Assembly: GCF_001194135.2 (NCBI RefSeq) | Contig: NC_068986.1 | Span: 81,968,410-82,016,597, forward strand | DNA length: 48,188 bases | Reading direction: 5' to 3' | Origin: Octopus bimaculoides | Taxonomy: Eukaryota | Shown: positions 24,867-37,300 of the stretch, piece after piece | Numbering within the stretch: position 1 is the stretch's first letter | Layout: every line of letters begins with the position of its first letter | The notes under the pieces: generated by a model | The model's input: the letters and a program-made list of their open reading frames with translations, nothing else | Database searches by the model: none | What the model was told of the DNA's origin: nothing | Position numbers and translations under genes: made by a program

Positions 24867-25680
24867 ACTTCGTGAAATTCTTGTGTATGGTATTTACTTT
24901 CGAAGTGTTCAGCTTTTGTCAACACCTCCATTCAGAAAGAATTTCTATATACCTGTCTTTCTCATTCATTTTCTCTATTGCTCCTCCTTACTCTCACCCT
25001 ATCTCTTTCAGTTTATTCCTCTTTATTTCTTCATCTATTGTTTACCCCCTTCACCTCTCCTTATTGACCACCCCCTTCAACAACCTCTCTTCCTTTTTCT
25101 TCACTACTATTTTTAAAAATCTCTCTACCGCCTCTTAGTCTCTTACCTTCTCTCATCTTTTAATCCTAAACCACACACATTTTCATCCATTCCATTTTTT
25201 CCCTCTTTTCTCACATCCTCATCCTACTCGTTATCCCTCCCCGCTCCTGCTCTAACCATTTCTCCATCAAACTATACCCCACTCCCTGTCCCCTAACAAA
25301 CTACCCCGTCTAATATCACAACATAATTAACCACTTCTATAGAAGCATAGAGATCTGAAGACATTAGGTTCCGCCATGGTCGTCGTCGTCGTCGTCATCG
25401 TCGTCGTCGTCATTCTTTTGTTTCCTTTCATTTTGTGCTTTATTGTTTTCTTTTTCCTTATTTTTTTTTTCCTTCTTTTTGTCATTGAATGTTTATTTCT
25501 GGTTTGTTTTCATTTGGTCAATAGTGGGAGAGGTTAGATGGATAGATCGATCGTTAGATAGATATATAGATAGTTTAACATACACACAAACACACATATA
25601 AAGATATAGATTGATACAGATATAGATTGATAAACATATATTCTAAGATGTAGATAAACAGATAGATAAGCTGACCGACA

Positions 25681-25711
<31 letters not shown>

Positions 25712-25712
25712 C

Positions 25713-25767
<55 letters not shown>

Positions 25768-26262
25768 AATGTATGTATGAATGAATGTATGAATGTATAT
25801 ATATAAATATATGTATATATATATACATATATATATGCATGTATGTATATGTATATATATATATATTCACACACAGATGTAAACAGTGTAAGGAGAGGGA
25901 GAGATAGAGAAAGAGAGGGAGAAAGAGAGAGAGAGAGAGAGACTGTGATAGTGAGCAGAAAAGGGAAATAACATTCAGAAATATACGAAAATAGATTTTA
26001 GAGAATAGAAAATCGTTGAGTGGATTTTCTAATATGATTTAATGCATGACCTCGACTAAGATCACAAAAGATCGAACGCCAAATTTATAATTTTAGTTAA
26101 TGGAATCTTACAGATTAAAAGATGTAGGAGTGTTGGGAGGTGGTGTTTTAGAGTTTTCATCGATTACAAACTTCTAAGAGAGATGGAGTTAGAGAATACA
26201 GAAATGGCAAATATTGATATTAACTACATCATAGTGGAGAGTTACAGTCATAACAACTCGTA

Positions 26263-26583
26263 TTAGAAAACCTTTTGTACTTTTACAGCGCTATTGTAGA
26301 GAAAAGCGCTACTGTTCTGTGATAGCTTCACTTGATGTGTATAGTTTCTTCCAGATATGCAACCACAATTTGAATCATTGCACTTAGGGTGGGAACGTGA
26401 TGCCTCTGAATTCAATCGATGTCCAACTTCAGACATTTTGACTTCAGGAAAACACTTCATTGTCAGATTTCCAATTCTGTTTCCAGTATCAACATCATAG
26501 TGATCTCTTTTAATAATATATCTGAGATTTTTCACTGAAGTACCATTATTTTGAGTAAAACAACTTTCAATTCTTTTGTGTAT
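26263..26583 (-). pseudogene. Candidate exon / open frame of 106 codons, kelch-like by eye
   Basis: Branch point tactgac, a pyrimidine tract and acceptor tttaaag| at 26583. Frame IHKRIESCF...HYDVDTGNRIG...RSHPKCNDSNCGCISGRN...SSAFLYNS is open in AT-rich DNA. Possible phase-0 donor caa|gtgaag after 26332. Confidence 0.4.
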
Positions 26584-27032
26584 CTTTAAAGGCAAACAGA
26601 AACGTCAGTAAGACAAACACACATGTCTGTATTTATTTCCATATAATGAATATCGATAAAGCACCGCCCCTACCAAAACTGAATACATCGTAATATGGCA
26701 GAGACGTTGCTATATTTGTATCTGAATTATTACATGCGGGAATATTCCGCTCCACACAGCTGAGATATTATATTAAATGAAAACAGAAGCCTGCTGTATA
26801 TTCTATCGTATTGTTTGGTTAACTAATGGTTGGATATCTAATCTAGTTATTTAGATATATAAATTAACATCGTAACTTAGACCTAACCAACATCGTTTTT
26901 GATAATCAATAGAAAAGTAACAAGGTATTACCGACCTCTACTATGCTAGACACAAAGCAAAACTGCGATCTTTTTGTTTTTGAAATCATTGCAACTATCA
27001 GCAGTTATAGCACAATGTATTAAGACAAGGCT

Positions 27033-27436
27033 AGGTGTGGCTGTGGGGTAAGAGGCTTGCTTCCTAACCACATGGTTCGGCGTTCAGTCCCACTGCGTGG
27101 CATTTTGGGCAGGTTTCTTCTACTATAGCCTCGAGTAGTCCAAAGTCTTGTGAGTAGATTTGGTAGACGGAAACTGAAAGAAGTCCGTTGTATATATGTA
27201 TATATATGTGCATATGTGTGTGTGTGTATTTGTGTTGTTCCAATCACCACCACTGCTTGACAACCAGTGCTGGTGTGTTATGTCCCTGTAAGTTAGTGGT
27301 TCGGCAAAAAAAGAAGGATAGAATAAGTACCAGGCTTTAAAGAAATTAGACGCTGGGGTTGAGACATTCGACTAAAATTTCTTCAAGGCGGTGCCCCAGC
27401 ATGGCCGTAGTCAAATGACTGAAACAAGTAAAAGAT
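27033..27436 (+). mobile_element. SINE family D, full length, with an internal (TA)/(TG) microsatellite
   Basis: tRNA-like head ggctgtggggtaag...ggttcggcgttcagtccc, then ttgggcagg...ctactatagcctcg, and 3' end gtcaaatgactgaaacaagtaaaag. Shared with 2000-2239, 11337-11475 and 29165-29318. Confidence 0.88.
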
Positions 27437-27644
27437 TATGTATATATGTATATAATTATATGTAAAGGTAAGATTCAGGAAGCCAGGCGTGGGAAGTCAG
27501 TAAGCTTCGAGCAGTCTGTAGAAGGTACAGAAAACAACTTTCAGGAATAATAATGTCGAAGTTCAATAAGCTGAAAAAAGTTATTTTATAGTTCACGTTT
27601 AGCAACTGAGGTTTATGTGTATGCGAATAAAAATCTTAATTTAA

Positions 27645-27960
27645 GGGATGGAGTAAGTAAAATCCCGGCTACGTATGTTTCCTATCTAGCAGAACCTCAG
27701 AAGTTGTAATTACTCGATGAGAGGTACTGCACTACCTACTCATCAGCTCAGCGATACCTTAGTCAAATGAAGGTTACATTGCCTATCAAATCTCCTGCGA
27801 GTTAACATGGGACCACTTGAACACACGGTAACCTTCATTTGACTAAGGTATCCTCGGCCTGCGAATAGCTAGCGGCGTACCCGTCGTTGAGTAATGACTA
27901 CTTCCGAGGTTCTGCTAGCTAGGAAGCATATGTAGCCTGGATTTTATCAACTCTATTCCC
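27645..27960. mobile_element. Fold-back MITE with ~130-bp imperfect TIRs and a 50-bp spacer; TTAA/TAAA flanks (Kolobok-like termini possible)
   Basis: aaaatcccggctacgtatgtttcctatctagcagaacctc pairs with gaggttctgctagctaggaagcatatgtagcctggatttt. A perfect 25-bp inner IR lies at 27753-27777 / 27828-27852. Confidence 0.8.
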
Positions 27961-28036
27961 TAAATTAGGATATATATATATAGGATATATATATATATAT
28001 ATATATATATAGGATATATATATATATATATATATA

Positions 28037-28284
28037 CAGTGCGTTTGTGTTTATAGGCGTTTGTGTTTATCCCCAAAATNNNNNNNNNNNNNNNNNNNNN
28101 NNNNNNNNNNNNNNNNNNNNNNNNNNNNNNNNNNNNNNNNNNNNNNNNNNNNNNNNNNNNNNNNNNNNNNNNNNNNNNNNNNNNNNNNNNNNNNNNNNNN
28201 NNNNNNNNNNNNNNNNNNNNNNNNNNNNNNNTATATATATAATTTTGGGGATAAACACAAACGCCTATAAACACAAACGCACTG
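28037..28284. repeat. Perfect 43-bp inverted repeat flanking a gap and (TA)n
   Basis: 28037-28079 is the exact reverse complement of 28242-28284. The centre is an N gap. Confidence 0.8.
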
Positions 28285-28611
28285 GTTTTATTTCGATTCT
28301 ACTTATTATGCCAATGACTTCACTAGTCAATCTACTAAACAATCGATTGCTTAATTAATCAGTTAATCACTGATCAATTATTTGGTTTACAAAAATGTCT
28401 TTTTTCATCATCATGTGCGGCCTCATCAAAGACGTACTCTTATCTACTATAAGTCTCTTAAAATGTACCTATTGTAGCAGAAATGTGTACAGAATTTTTG
28501 TGACGAAACAAAGGAAGCACCCAGCCAAATCTAGTCTGAAAGTCAGGTGTATTCAATGTTACATCTATTTCGTGACAATGTATAATAGCAGGCAGGCATC
28601 ACTATGACACT

Positions 28612-28868
28612 GTAGTCTTGTCGGGCTCAATAATAAGGTAGTGAGTTCAATTCTTGGCCCGGGCTGCATGTTGTGTTCTTGAGCAAGACACTTTATTTCC
28701 CGTTGCTCCAGTTCACTCAGCTGTAGAAATGAGTTGCGACATCACAGGTGCCAAGCTGTATCGGCCTTTGCCTTTCCCTTGGATAATATTGGTGGTGTGG
28801 AGAGGGGAGGCTGGTATGCATGGGCAACTGCCGGTCTTCCATAAACAACCTTGCCCGGACTTGTGCCT
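28612..28868 (+). mobile_element. SINE family C (CORE-like central domain), cut by a gap
   Basis: ttgagcaagacactttattt...ccagttcactcagctgtagaaatgag resembles the CORE domain. Collinear with the reverse complement of 45796-46118. Confidence 0.85.
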
Positions 28869-29164
28869 NNNNNNNNNNNNNNNNNNNNNNNNNNNNNNNN
28901 NNNNNNNNNNNNNNNNNNNNNNNNNNNNNNNNNNNNNNNNNNNNNNNNNNNNNNNNNNNNNNNNNNNNNNNNNNNNNNNNNNNNNNNNNNNNNNNNNNNN
29001 NNNNNNNNNNNNNNNNNNNNNNNNNNNNNNNNNNNNNNNNNNNNNNNNNNNNNNNNNNNNNNNNNNNNNNNNNNNNNNNNNNNNNNNNATTATACATACA
29101 TACATTATACATACATACAAACAAACATACATACATACATATATATATATATATGTATTATACA

Positions 29165-29318
29165 AAGGACGTATTTCAGTTTCCGTCTACCGAATCCACC
29201 CACAAAGCTTCGGTTGGCTCAAGGCTATAGTAAAAGACACTTGCCCAAGGTGTGACACCGTGGAACTGAACCCTGAACCATGTGGTTAGGAAGCAAGCTT
29301 TTTACCACACTGCCACAC
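29165..29318 (-). mobile_element. SINE family D, 5' half
   Basis: Reverse complement of 27033-27190. Confidence 0.85.
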
Positions 29319-29861
29319 GTATGTGTGTGTAATATATATATATATATACATATATATTCATATATACATACATACACATACATACATACATACATACATA
29401 CATACATACACACATATATATATACATACATACACATATACACACACATACACACACAAACATTATCAATAGAACATTACATATGTGCGTTGTTTGAATG
29501 CCAGAGGGTACGGTTTTTCGTCCAAGTAAAACCATTTAAAATGTAGTTTTGATAAACGCAATATACTTCAGAGCGAAGCAAAAGGAAATCGCCTCAGAAG
29601 TGATCACGAGATCGACAGATAGGTATTTCATCGCCTCCTCCCGTAGTTAAAAACGGTAGTAACATCGATTCCTGCGGAACAGTACACAAACATACGCGCT
29701 CGGGCGCACACACACACAATTGTTTACATTATATAGCTTCTGGACACATTTTACTGTAGAAATAACAAATGTAAACGTTCTTTTTCTTGGATAAACTTGA
29801 TAACGTAGTTTCCTCTCATGTGACATGAAACTCCAAAACAATTTGGCTGCTAATTTATCAC

Positions 29862-29909
29862 CTGCAGATAGACTACAGCGTTTAGCATCTCGTACAGTCC
29901 AGTATCACA
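29862..29909 (-). pseudogene. Candidate 48-nt exon, phase 0-0 (CDTGLYEMLNAVVYLQ)
   Basis: Acceptor gacgtatttcag| and donor cag|gtgata. The frame is open and its phase matches both neighbours. Confidence 0.3.
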
Positions 29910-30168
29910 CTGAAATACGTCTATACACAAGATTTAAAGCAACTCTAGAAAGTGAATAGTAATTAGTTACAACGTAAGCGGTTAGCAAAGCGAAGGAAAA
30001 GTAATAAAAGAAGTAAGAGAAAATGAAAAACATCCGTTAATGAATTTTTAAAGTTGTTTATATGGTATGACAAGTGTAAAAAATATATGTACATCCACAT
30101 TCACACAGATGTGTGCGTTTGTGTCTTTATATTTAGGTGTATATACATATGCATGTATATATATATGC

Positions 30169-30258
<90 letters not shown>

Positions 30259-30558
30259 NNNNNNNNNNNNNNNNNNNNNNNNNNNNNNNNNNNNNNNNNN
30301 NNNNNNNNNNNNNNNNNNNNNNNNNNNNNNNNNNNNNNNNNNNNNNNNNNNNNNNNNNNNNNNNNNNNNNNNNNNNNNNNNNNNNNNNNNNNNNNNNNNN
30401 NNNNNNNNNNNNNNNNNNNNNNNNNNNNNNNNNNNNNNNNNNNNNNNNNNNNNNNNNNNNNNNNNNNNNNNNNNNNNNNNNNNNNNNNNNNNNNNNNNNN
30501 NNNNNNNNNNNNNNNNNNNNNNNNNNNNNNNNNCACACACACACACACATACACTCAC

Positions 30559-30714
30559 ACACATCAGCAGATCCTCAGTACTGGGAAATCTCTCACTGCC
30601 ATACGCCTTCTCTACAGATGTCCACTAGCAGCTGTTCAACTGTTCAGCGTCAACAATATCAACATCTTTATCATTAGTTTCCGTGATGCGAATGTCATGG
30701 GTTTTTGCCCTTTC
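30559..30714 (-). pseudogene. Candidate 156-nt exon, phase 0-0, one in-frame TAG (ERAKTHDIRITETNDKDVDIVDAEQLNSC*WTSVEKAYGSERFPSTEDLLMC)
   Basis: Acceptor taattaatag| and donor |gtgagt. TAG at 30627-30625. C[Q]WTSV resembles the kelch xQWTSVAPM motif. Confidence 0.45.
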
Positions 30715-30936
30715 CTATTAATTATAATCATAAAAATATATTTGGCAATATAACTAAAATAAATAAATAGATAAACCAAAATAATCATTTTCTCTTATGA
30801 CCTGATTTTATGAAAGATATTAACTCATATGTAACACTCACGTTTATTATAACCCAAACATTTTCGAAAACTATTACATTTTTCTCTGTTGTTGCCCATA
30901 GAAACAGTTGGTGTATCACCGCTTTCTTCTCCTTAC

Positions 30937-31315
30937 CACTGCTGTTCCCATTCGCTTAAATCTTTTAAAAGTTTCACACCAGATTTCATCGGCATTAATA
31001 ATTTCAATAAGACCATTGTTTTATTAATACCTGTTGTTTTGTTTTTCTTATAAAGAGCAGCGTGAACTTGACAGGAAATATATACCAAACTAGACAACCT
31101 GTCAGGAAATTCTATATTTAACTCAGTCATTTCATCAACATTCTCCTCATAGATATAGAACACAATTCTTTTTATGTATTCGTTCTCCTTTCTTTTGTGA
31201 TGAATGACAAAAGCCAATCCCTCATAAATATAAACGTAGTTTGTATATTTCCTTTCAAAGCAGTCAGTTACAAAGAAACTTTTCTTTGTTATTAATTCAT
31301 TCCATTATCAATCTT
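30937..31315 (-). pseudogene. Candidate 379-nt exon with internal frameshifts, kelch-like by eye
   Basis: Acceptor ctcctttccag| and donor |gtaagg. A ~95-codon protein-like segment (NYVYIYEG...YEENVDEMTEL...) shifts frame in an A-run near 31020 into NNGLIEIINADEIWCETFKRFKRMGTAV, which splices in frame to 30714. Confidence 0.45.
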
Positions 31316-31585
31316 CTGGAAAGGAGCAATAAATTTGACACTTCTATTTAAAATAAGAATTTCAGCGATCTAACGTATATCTCAGTGGTGTCAAACTTTT
31401 GATAATACAATAGAAAAAAACAGCAGAGAGGAAACGCCAACAAGACTTGCTGTTGCTATGTAAAACTGTCGATTCATTAAATAATAAATATCATTGTGAA
31501 ACTAGAGCTGAGTAAACTTGAAAGACACCGAAACAACCGTCTTTAGTTAACAAAGAAACCAAACATATATTACATTTCATACAAA

Positions 31586-33130
31586 TTTATGAAACTAGAG
31601 AACAGCTGCAACTGATTGGGTGAAAGAAATGGTAGTCTGGCCGATATCAGATAGTTTCTATCATGTCACAAAGTGTGGTGTTTCTGTGATGAAGACCTTT
31701 GATTTAAATATTTATGTCAATCTTGCTATGAAGAGGTAATATCGTGAAGAGAAAATCCTCAGTATAAGAAATAGCAGCAACTTATTTTAATTTGAGATGG
31801 TTTCGTATTATTATTGTGTGGTTATCCTGCTATGCGTATAGCTTAGAGGGGAAAAGTTTTACAAAGCTTATATTATCGGATTAGAGAATTCATTCATAAA
31901 TTTCATGCTGAATCATTGGTTGTTAGTAACGTCTTATTGAAACATGACGATGTTTTGAGATGCAATATCTAAGGTTCTCGGAATGGAGAAGCTGAAAATG
32001 TAAACGGCAGTCTTTATAGAATTTTTTTTTTCGAGTGGATGATTCATGGCTGGAAGGATTTCTTGAATTCTAAAATATTTCCATGATAACATAGTTTTCA
32101 GAATGATGGAGGAAAATTAAGAAATTAAGAAAAAAACAAAACAAAAAAAAAAACAAAAAGAAAAACCCCCCAGTTTATGGTGGAAATGAAAAAGTTACAA
32201 ACGCAGATATACAGTTCGAGTAATAGAAGGAAGGAAAAGAGCTGCAACTCAGTTTTGAGTGAAGATGAAGTGCAAAGTAGAGAAACAGTTTTTGAAAAAG
32301 TCGTGTGTTTTCAGAACTGAAGAAACATTCAGATGCTGCCTAATAAATTATAATTCCATTTGATGGTCAGACAGAGAATAAAAGAGTGGCCTTATTATCA
32401 CAACTGTTTATGAACTCCATCAATTTATTAAGGTAAAAGTAAATTGTCTTGCATGAAGTATCTTATAGTGGCTTGCGTAAATCAAGCAAGGAATCTGACT
32501 CGGCTGTCAGTACAATGAACCTGAAATTTGATCCGGATTCTTTGATCCGGTTGTTTTGGTTTCTTCTTCTCCAGAAATATACGAACTCATTGAGAAGACT
32601 ATAGACATGTAACGAAAGGTTTTGGATAAATAAGTCAATAAATAAAGATGTGAAACACAATCAGTGTTGTGTATTTTTACTAGCAGAATGACCCTTTAAA
32701 AGAACACGGTATGTGTTTCAACGCACGGTTTCACACGAAGAATTTTGCGAAAAAACTGCAAATAAATGAATAAATCAAAATTTCGAAACCATGAAACATA
32801 TTCAAAAAGATCGCTAATTAAAACTGACATTTAATTTTAATAATGAATATAATGAACAATTGTCAAAAATGTGTTAAAAACACATAAATCCTAGAACTTT
32901 TATGCATGTAAGAGCCAGGGTGTGGTTTTAATGCCAATGGTCAGAGACCGAACCAGGTTCATCAACTCATAGATATGTGAATGCAATCATACAACGTCGT
33001 ACTGTATACAAAAAATTCTACATTCGGGATTTCGTACATTCAGCTGGAAATTGTATGTTTTAGGATAGGGAACTGATGTGTTGTGAGGTTCATCGCTTCC
33101 TTGCTTTTGTGACCACTGCAAATAAGAGTA
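31586..33130 (+). pseudogene. Decayed BTB-BACK-kelch (KLHL-like) gene remnant
   Basis: Motifs occur in the expected order across stops and frameshifts. BTB: *LGERNGSLADI..FLSCHKV, GVSVMKT, EEKILSIRNSSNLF*FEMVSYYYC. BACK: LQSLYYRIREFIHKF, FEWMIHGWKD, LSEDEVQSRETVFEKVV, DPVVLVSSSPEIYELIEKTI. Kelch: LMPMVRDRTRF, KLYVLG*G. By eye, no HMM run. Confidence 0.55.
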
Positions 33131-33169
33131 ATAAGGTCCAGTGAATATAAGGCTATTATAATGGTTGTT

Positions 33170-33973
33170 TTTACTACAACTACCACTATCCACTACTACT
33201 AATAAATACTACCTCACAACCACGACCAGCACCGCTACTATCACCACCACAACGAGCATTACCACCAGCATCACCAGTACCATCACGAATATCGTCGAAA
33301 CCATCAGCAACGAATAAGCCATTACTACTTTCATTACCACCACTACAACAATGACTGACATCAACATTCCCGCTATCAAAACCACCACCACCACCACTAC
33401 CACCACTGTAATATAGAATAGCTATAGAACCATCACTACCATCACGGCAATCACTCTTACCACAACTATCACCACTACAACCACTGCAAGTCTGTACCAA
33501 ATACATACCGTGCTATACCATCACCACCACCACCACCACCACCACCACCACCACCACCACCACCACTATACACTATACATTATACACTATATACACACTG
33601 TAATATAGAATAACTATATACCACTACCCTTTCGCATCATATATACGCTGTATTGTATACAATGTATATATTATACTATAAGCTGTAAACTAGGAATAAT
33701 GGTGAATGAAAGTGTTAATTTTGTTATATTGAGGCTAACGGAAATATAAACAAGTAGTAGTGGTGGTGGTGGTGGTTGTGGTGGTAGTGGTGGTGGTGGT
33801 GGTGGTAGAGGCGCTGATGGTGTTCATAGAAGTAGTAGCAGCTGTAGTAGTGGAGGTGGTGGTAGTAGTATTTGTAGTGGTAGCATTAGTGATTGCAATG
33901 GCGGTGGTTGCGTTCCTGGTTGTAGTTGTAGCAAAAGCAGTAGAGGCTGTAGTCGTTGTAATAGCGGTGGGTG

Positions 33974-34052
<79 letters not shown>

Positions 34053-34265
34053 NNNNNNNNNNNNNNNNNNNNNNNNNNNNNNNNNNNNNGTGGTGGTGGT
34101 GGTGGTGGTGGTGGTGGTGGTAGTGGTGGTAGTGGTGGTGGTGGTGGTGGTGGTGCTAGTTGTGGTAGTGGTGGTGGTGGTGGCGTTAGTGGTGGTGATG
34201 GTGGTATTAGCAGCAGCAGCAAATGCCGTAATGACAACAGAAATGACATCAACATTATGACCATC

Positions 34266-34311
<46 letters not shown>

Positions 34312-34330
34312 GTAGTAGTAGTAGTAGCAG
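33170..34330. repeat. Trinucleotide tracts: (ACC/ACT)n at 33170-33570, and (GGT/AGT)n then (ACA)n at 33755-34330
   Basis: Seen directly in the sequence. Confidence 0.95.
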
Positions 34331-37300
34331 TGGCGTTGATGATATGTTAGCTGTATGGAGCTATAAACAGAAATCAGTGAACAACACTTTGATGGTTTAA
34401 TAGCATAAAATCAATAGATTCATGAGAAGACAACAAATACGGCCAACATCAAACGTTGGGAAGTTTCTATAGAGAAAACAGTAAAGACAACGATAAGACG
34501 AGCCAGAATGGCGGCGTAAACATGTACAACACAGGATTGCATATATGTATGCGTACTTATGTGTATGTATGTGCGTTTGTGTATGTTTGTTTGTGTCGGT
34601 GGTGGTGGTGGTGGTGTTGTGTGCATGTGAGCGTGTGTGTGTGTGTGTGTGTGCACGTGTGTGCGCGCGCGTGTGTTTAATCAATATAATAGGCGGATAT
34701 CACATTAAATTGCCGAGCAAGCATATAATCAGTGAAGCAGACGACCGAGATAGTTCTGAGTAAAGATAACATATACCACATACATATGCGCGCACACACA
34801 CAAACACACATATATGCATATATANNNNNNNNNNNNNNNNNNNNNNNNNNNNNNNNNNNNNNNNNNNNNNNNNNNNNNNNNNNNNNNNNNNNNNNNNNNN
34901 NNNNNNNNNNNNNNNNNNNNNNNNNNNNNNNNNNNNNNNNNNNNNNNNNNNNNNNNNNNNATATATATATATATATATATATATATAGATATATAGATAG
35001 ATACATACATACATACACACATACATACATACATACATACATGCATAAATTTGTTGAGAACTCAATACAGACAGTTGAGTTATTTAAGTTTTAATGGAAA
35101 TTGAAATTTTCACTTGTCATTACTCTGAGTTTCTCGTCTTCGCTCTTTTGATAATAGTGACGAGTAAAGTCAAGAAAGACACCAGTTTCTCTATATAATG
35201 CCGCAGAAAATTATAAGCTTTCATTGTGTGATGAAAAAATCCAACAGACCTCAGTCGACGGAGCCCCTAGTTTGAACTGGGTCTGTATATGGAAGAAAAC
35301 ACCCAATCTCTTGGTGCTCTACCCTTTTGCCACTCCATTCTACCTGCGGCACTAAAATCGAAGCGAATTCTTCCGTGGCAAGTCTTAACGTGACCATCAC
35401 TATCACATGTGTGGAAACTACGCTTTCCAGTCTTGCTTCCATTCTAATTGATTCCCCTCACCACCTGTTCAAGCATTGACTACAGCTCCAAACCTTGTGA
35501 TCTTCAGGCCTTATGAGAACTCACATGTTCCTGCAGATCTCTATCGACCACATGCTGTGTATCACATTTTGTACTCACCACCTGTCCTTAATGTATTTAC
35601 TAGACTTGTCCAGAGTCACTTCCATACGCCATGTACCGGTCGATGAAGTACATATGGTCCTATATATAGTGCTACACACCTATCAAGGCTTTCTTAACAG
35701 TACTTAGGGCGCATATGCCAACGTTCTCCGCTTTGCAAAAGTAAAAATATGTTGTACTCTTTCTCACTTTTCAAGGAGATGCTACCTTTTTCTGACGTAA
35801 CACTCCTTTCTTTTCCTGTAACTCATCCGTATTTTTAGTATTTCTTCCTGATGTGCAACGCTAGCAAAATATGTACACTTGTTGTTATTGCATTTGTATC
35901 TGCTATAATATAAATGTGTGTTTATAAATTGTTGTTAAATTGTCATCGTTTTGTTCGTTTTATTTTTTTAATGTTTATTTTGCTTCAAAATTCAAAATTT
36001 AATTTTTTTTGCATATTCGTTGCTACTACTTCGGTGGTTATCACTTCTCACTCCCTCAGCGCCGTCTACATTGAATTACAGGTAAGTAATGTGGTGCAAA
36101 GATGTGAAAACAAACTGTCTGAGACAAACCTTATTTTTCCTCCCCTAGGTATTAGTGGGGAATTATTTAAATGTCTGTCCCCTTAAACGTGGTAAAATTA
36201 AATTCTTATCCGGAACTCTTGTCTACGTCTAGTGATCGTAAACAACAGCCACAAAGGCGGCAGCAGCAGCAGTAGCAACAACAACAATACTTTTTACCGA
36301 GAAAAGAGGACGGAGTTATAAAAACAAATTACACAAAGTATACGCTTTTATACTGAGAAAGTCCCACCTGGGATAATTGAAGGAATCCCAAAGGGTATCT
36401 TCTCCCACCCATCATTCCTTGACCTACAGCGACATGCTGAAAGTTGATCCCTTCCCTAGGCCACTCTCACCCACCTTTCAGTACCAATTTAGAAGAGACG
36501 CATATTTCTACCCATTCTTCGCCTTCGTTCTTAAGGAGAATTTGAAAATGTTGACGAAGGCTTGGCTGAAAAGGATACGGTTCAAAGCCTCGTACATTTT
36601 CTCGTTCATTTTCTCAAAAGCCAATTAGACAGGAAAACTGCTTGAGTCGAAATTTCACTGGAAGAGAGAGTTGATTACTTTGATCGTCCAGAATTACTCC
36701 GAGAACGTTATGGCTCCTCTCAACTGCTAGTTCTGTATACAATGCTAACTGGAACTTCACTCGATCTCCACTAGTAGAGAGCTATGAGCCTCTGATGATA
36801 TTCCGGATGTTAGGCTCTCAGTCTTCATCTTCGCTTGACTCAGGATTAGCGTTCTGCTAAAGAGATGAACTGTAGAAAGATGTGCCTGATGAAGGGTGAT
36901 CACACATGTTCCTCATTAAAATCTTTACTGATGCCGTGGTTTCAAGATATGTCTGTGCTTGAGTATTTGTGACTTACTGGAGGGTGAGGGTATCACTTTT
37001 AGGAAAATTCTTTTGGCTGTGGTGGTGAGTTCTATGATTGTTGGAGAATTTGTTGATGTTTTTGCTGCTACGCTTACTTTGGTTGGCGGTGTTACCGCTA
37101 TTGTGGTTGTTGTTCTTATTTAGACGCTAGCAGCAGTGCCGGCTTTCCTTTGTACTCAACTGTAGGTACAAGGCGCTTAAATGGTTGGTGGAGCCATATA
37201 ACTGGAACATGTTCCTTCTATCTTTAACCACTACAGACCATTGGGTATCATTCCATAGCTCGTTGACGTCTACAATGCTTTCGAAGTTTTCTGATCCGCT

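Noticed and set aside
28467-28533. Minus-strand 67-nt candidate exon (TRFGWVLPLFRHKNSVHISATI)
   Set aside because: It ends in phase 1 and breaks the frame of the downstream candidates. This also shows that chance exon-like segments occur in this window.
32463-32598. Minus-strand exon LLNEFVYFWRRR... resembling an iGluR M4 tail
   Set aside because: The donor is weak, no other iGluR exons appear in the right order, and the + strand of the same bases is better explained as the end of the BACK domain.
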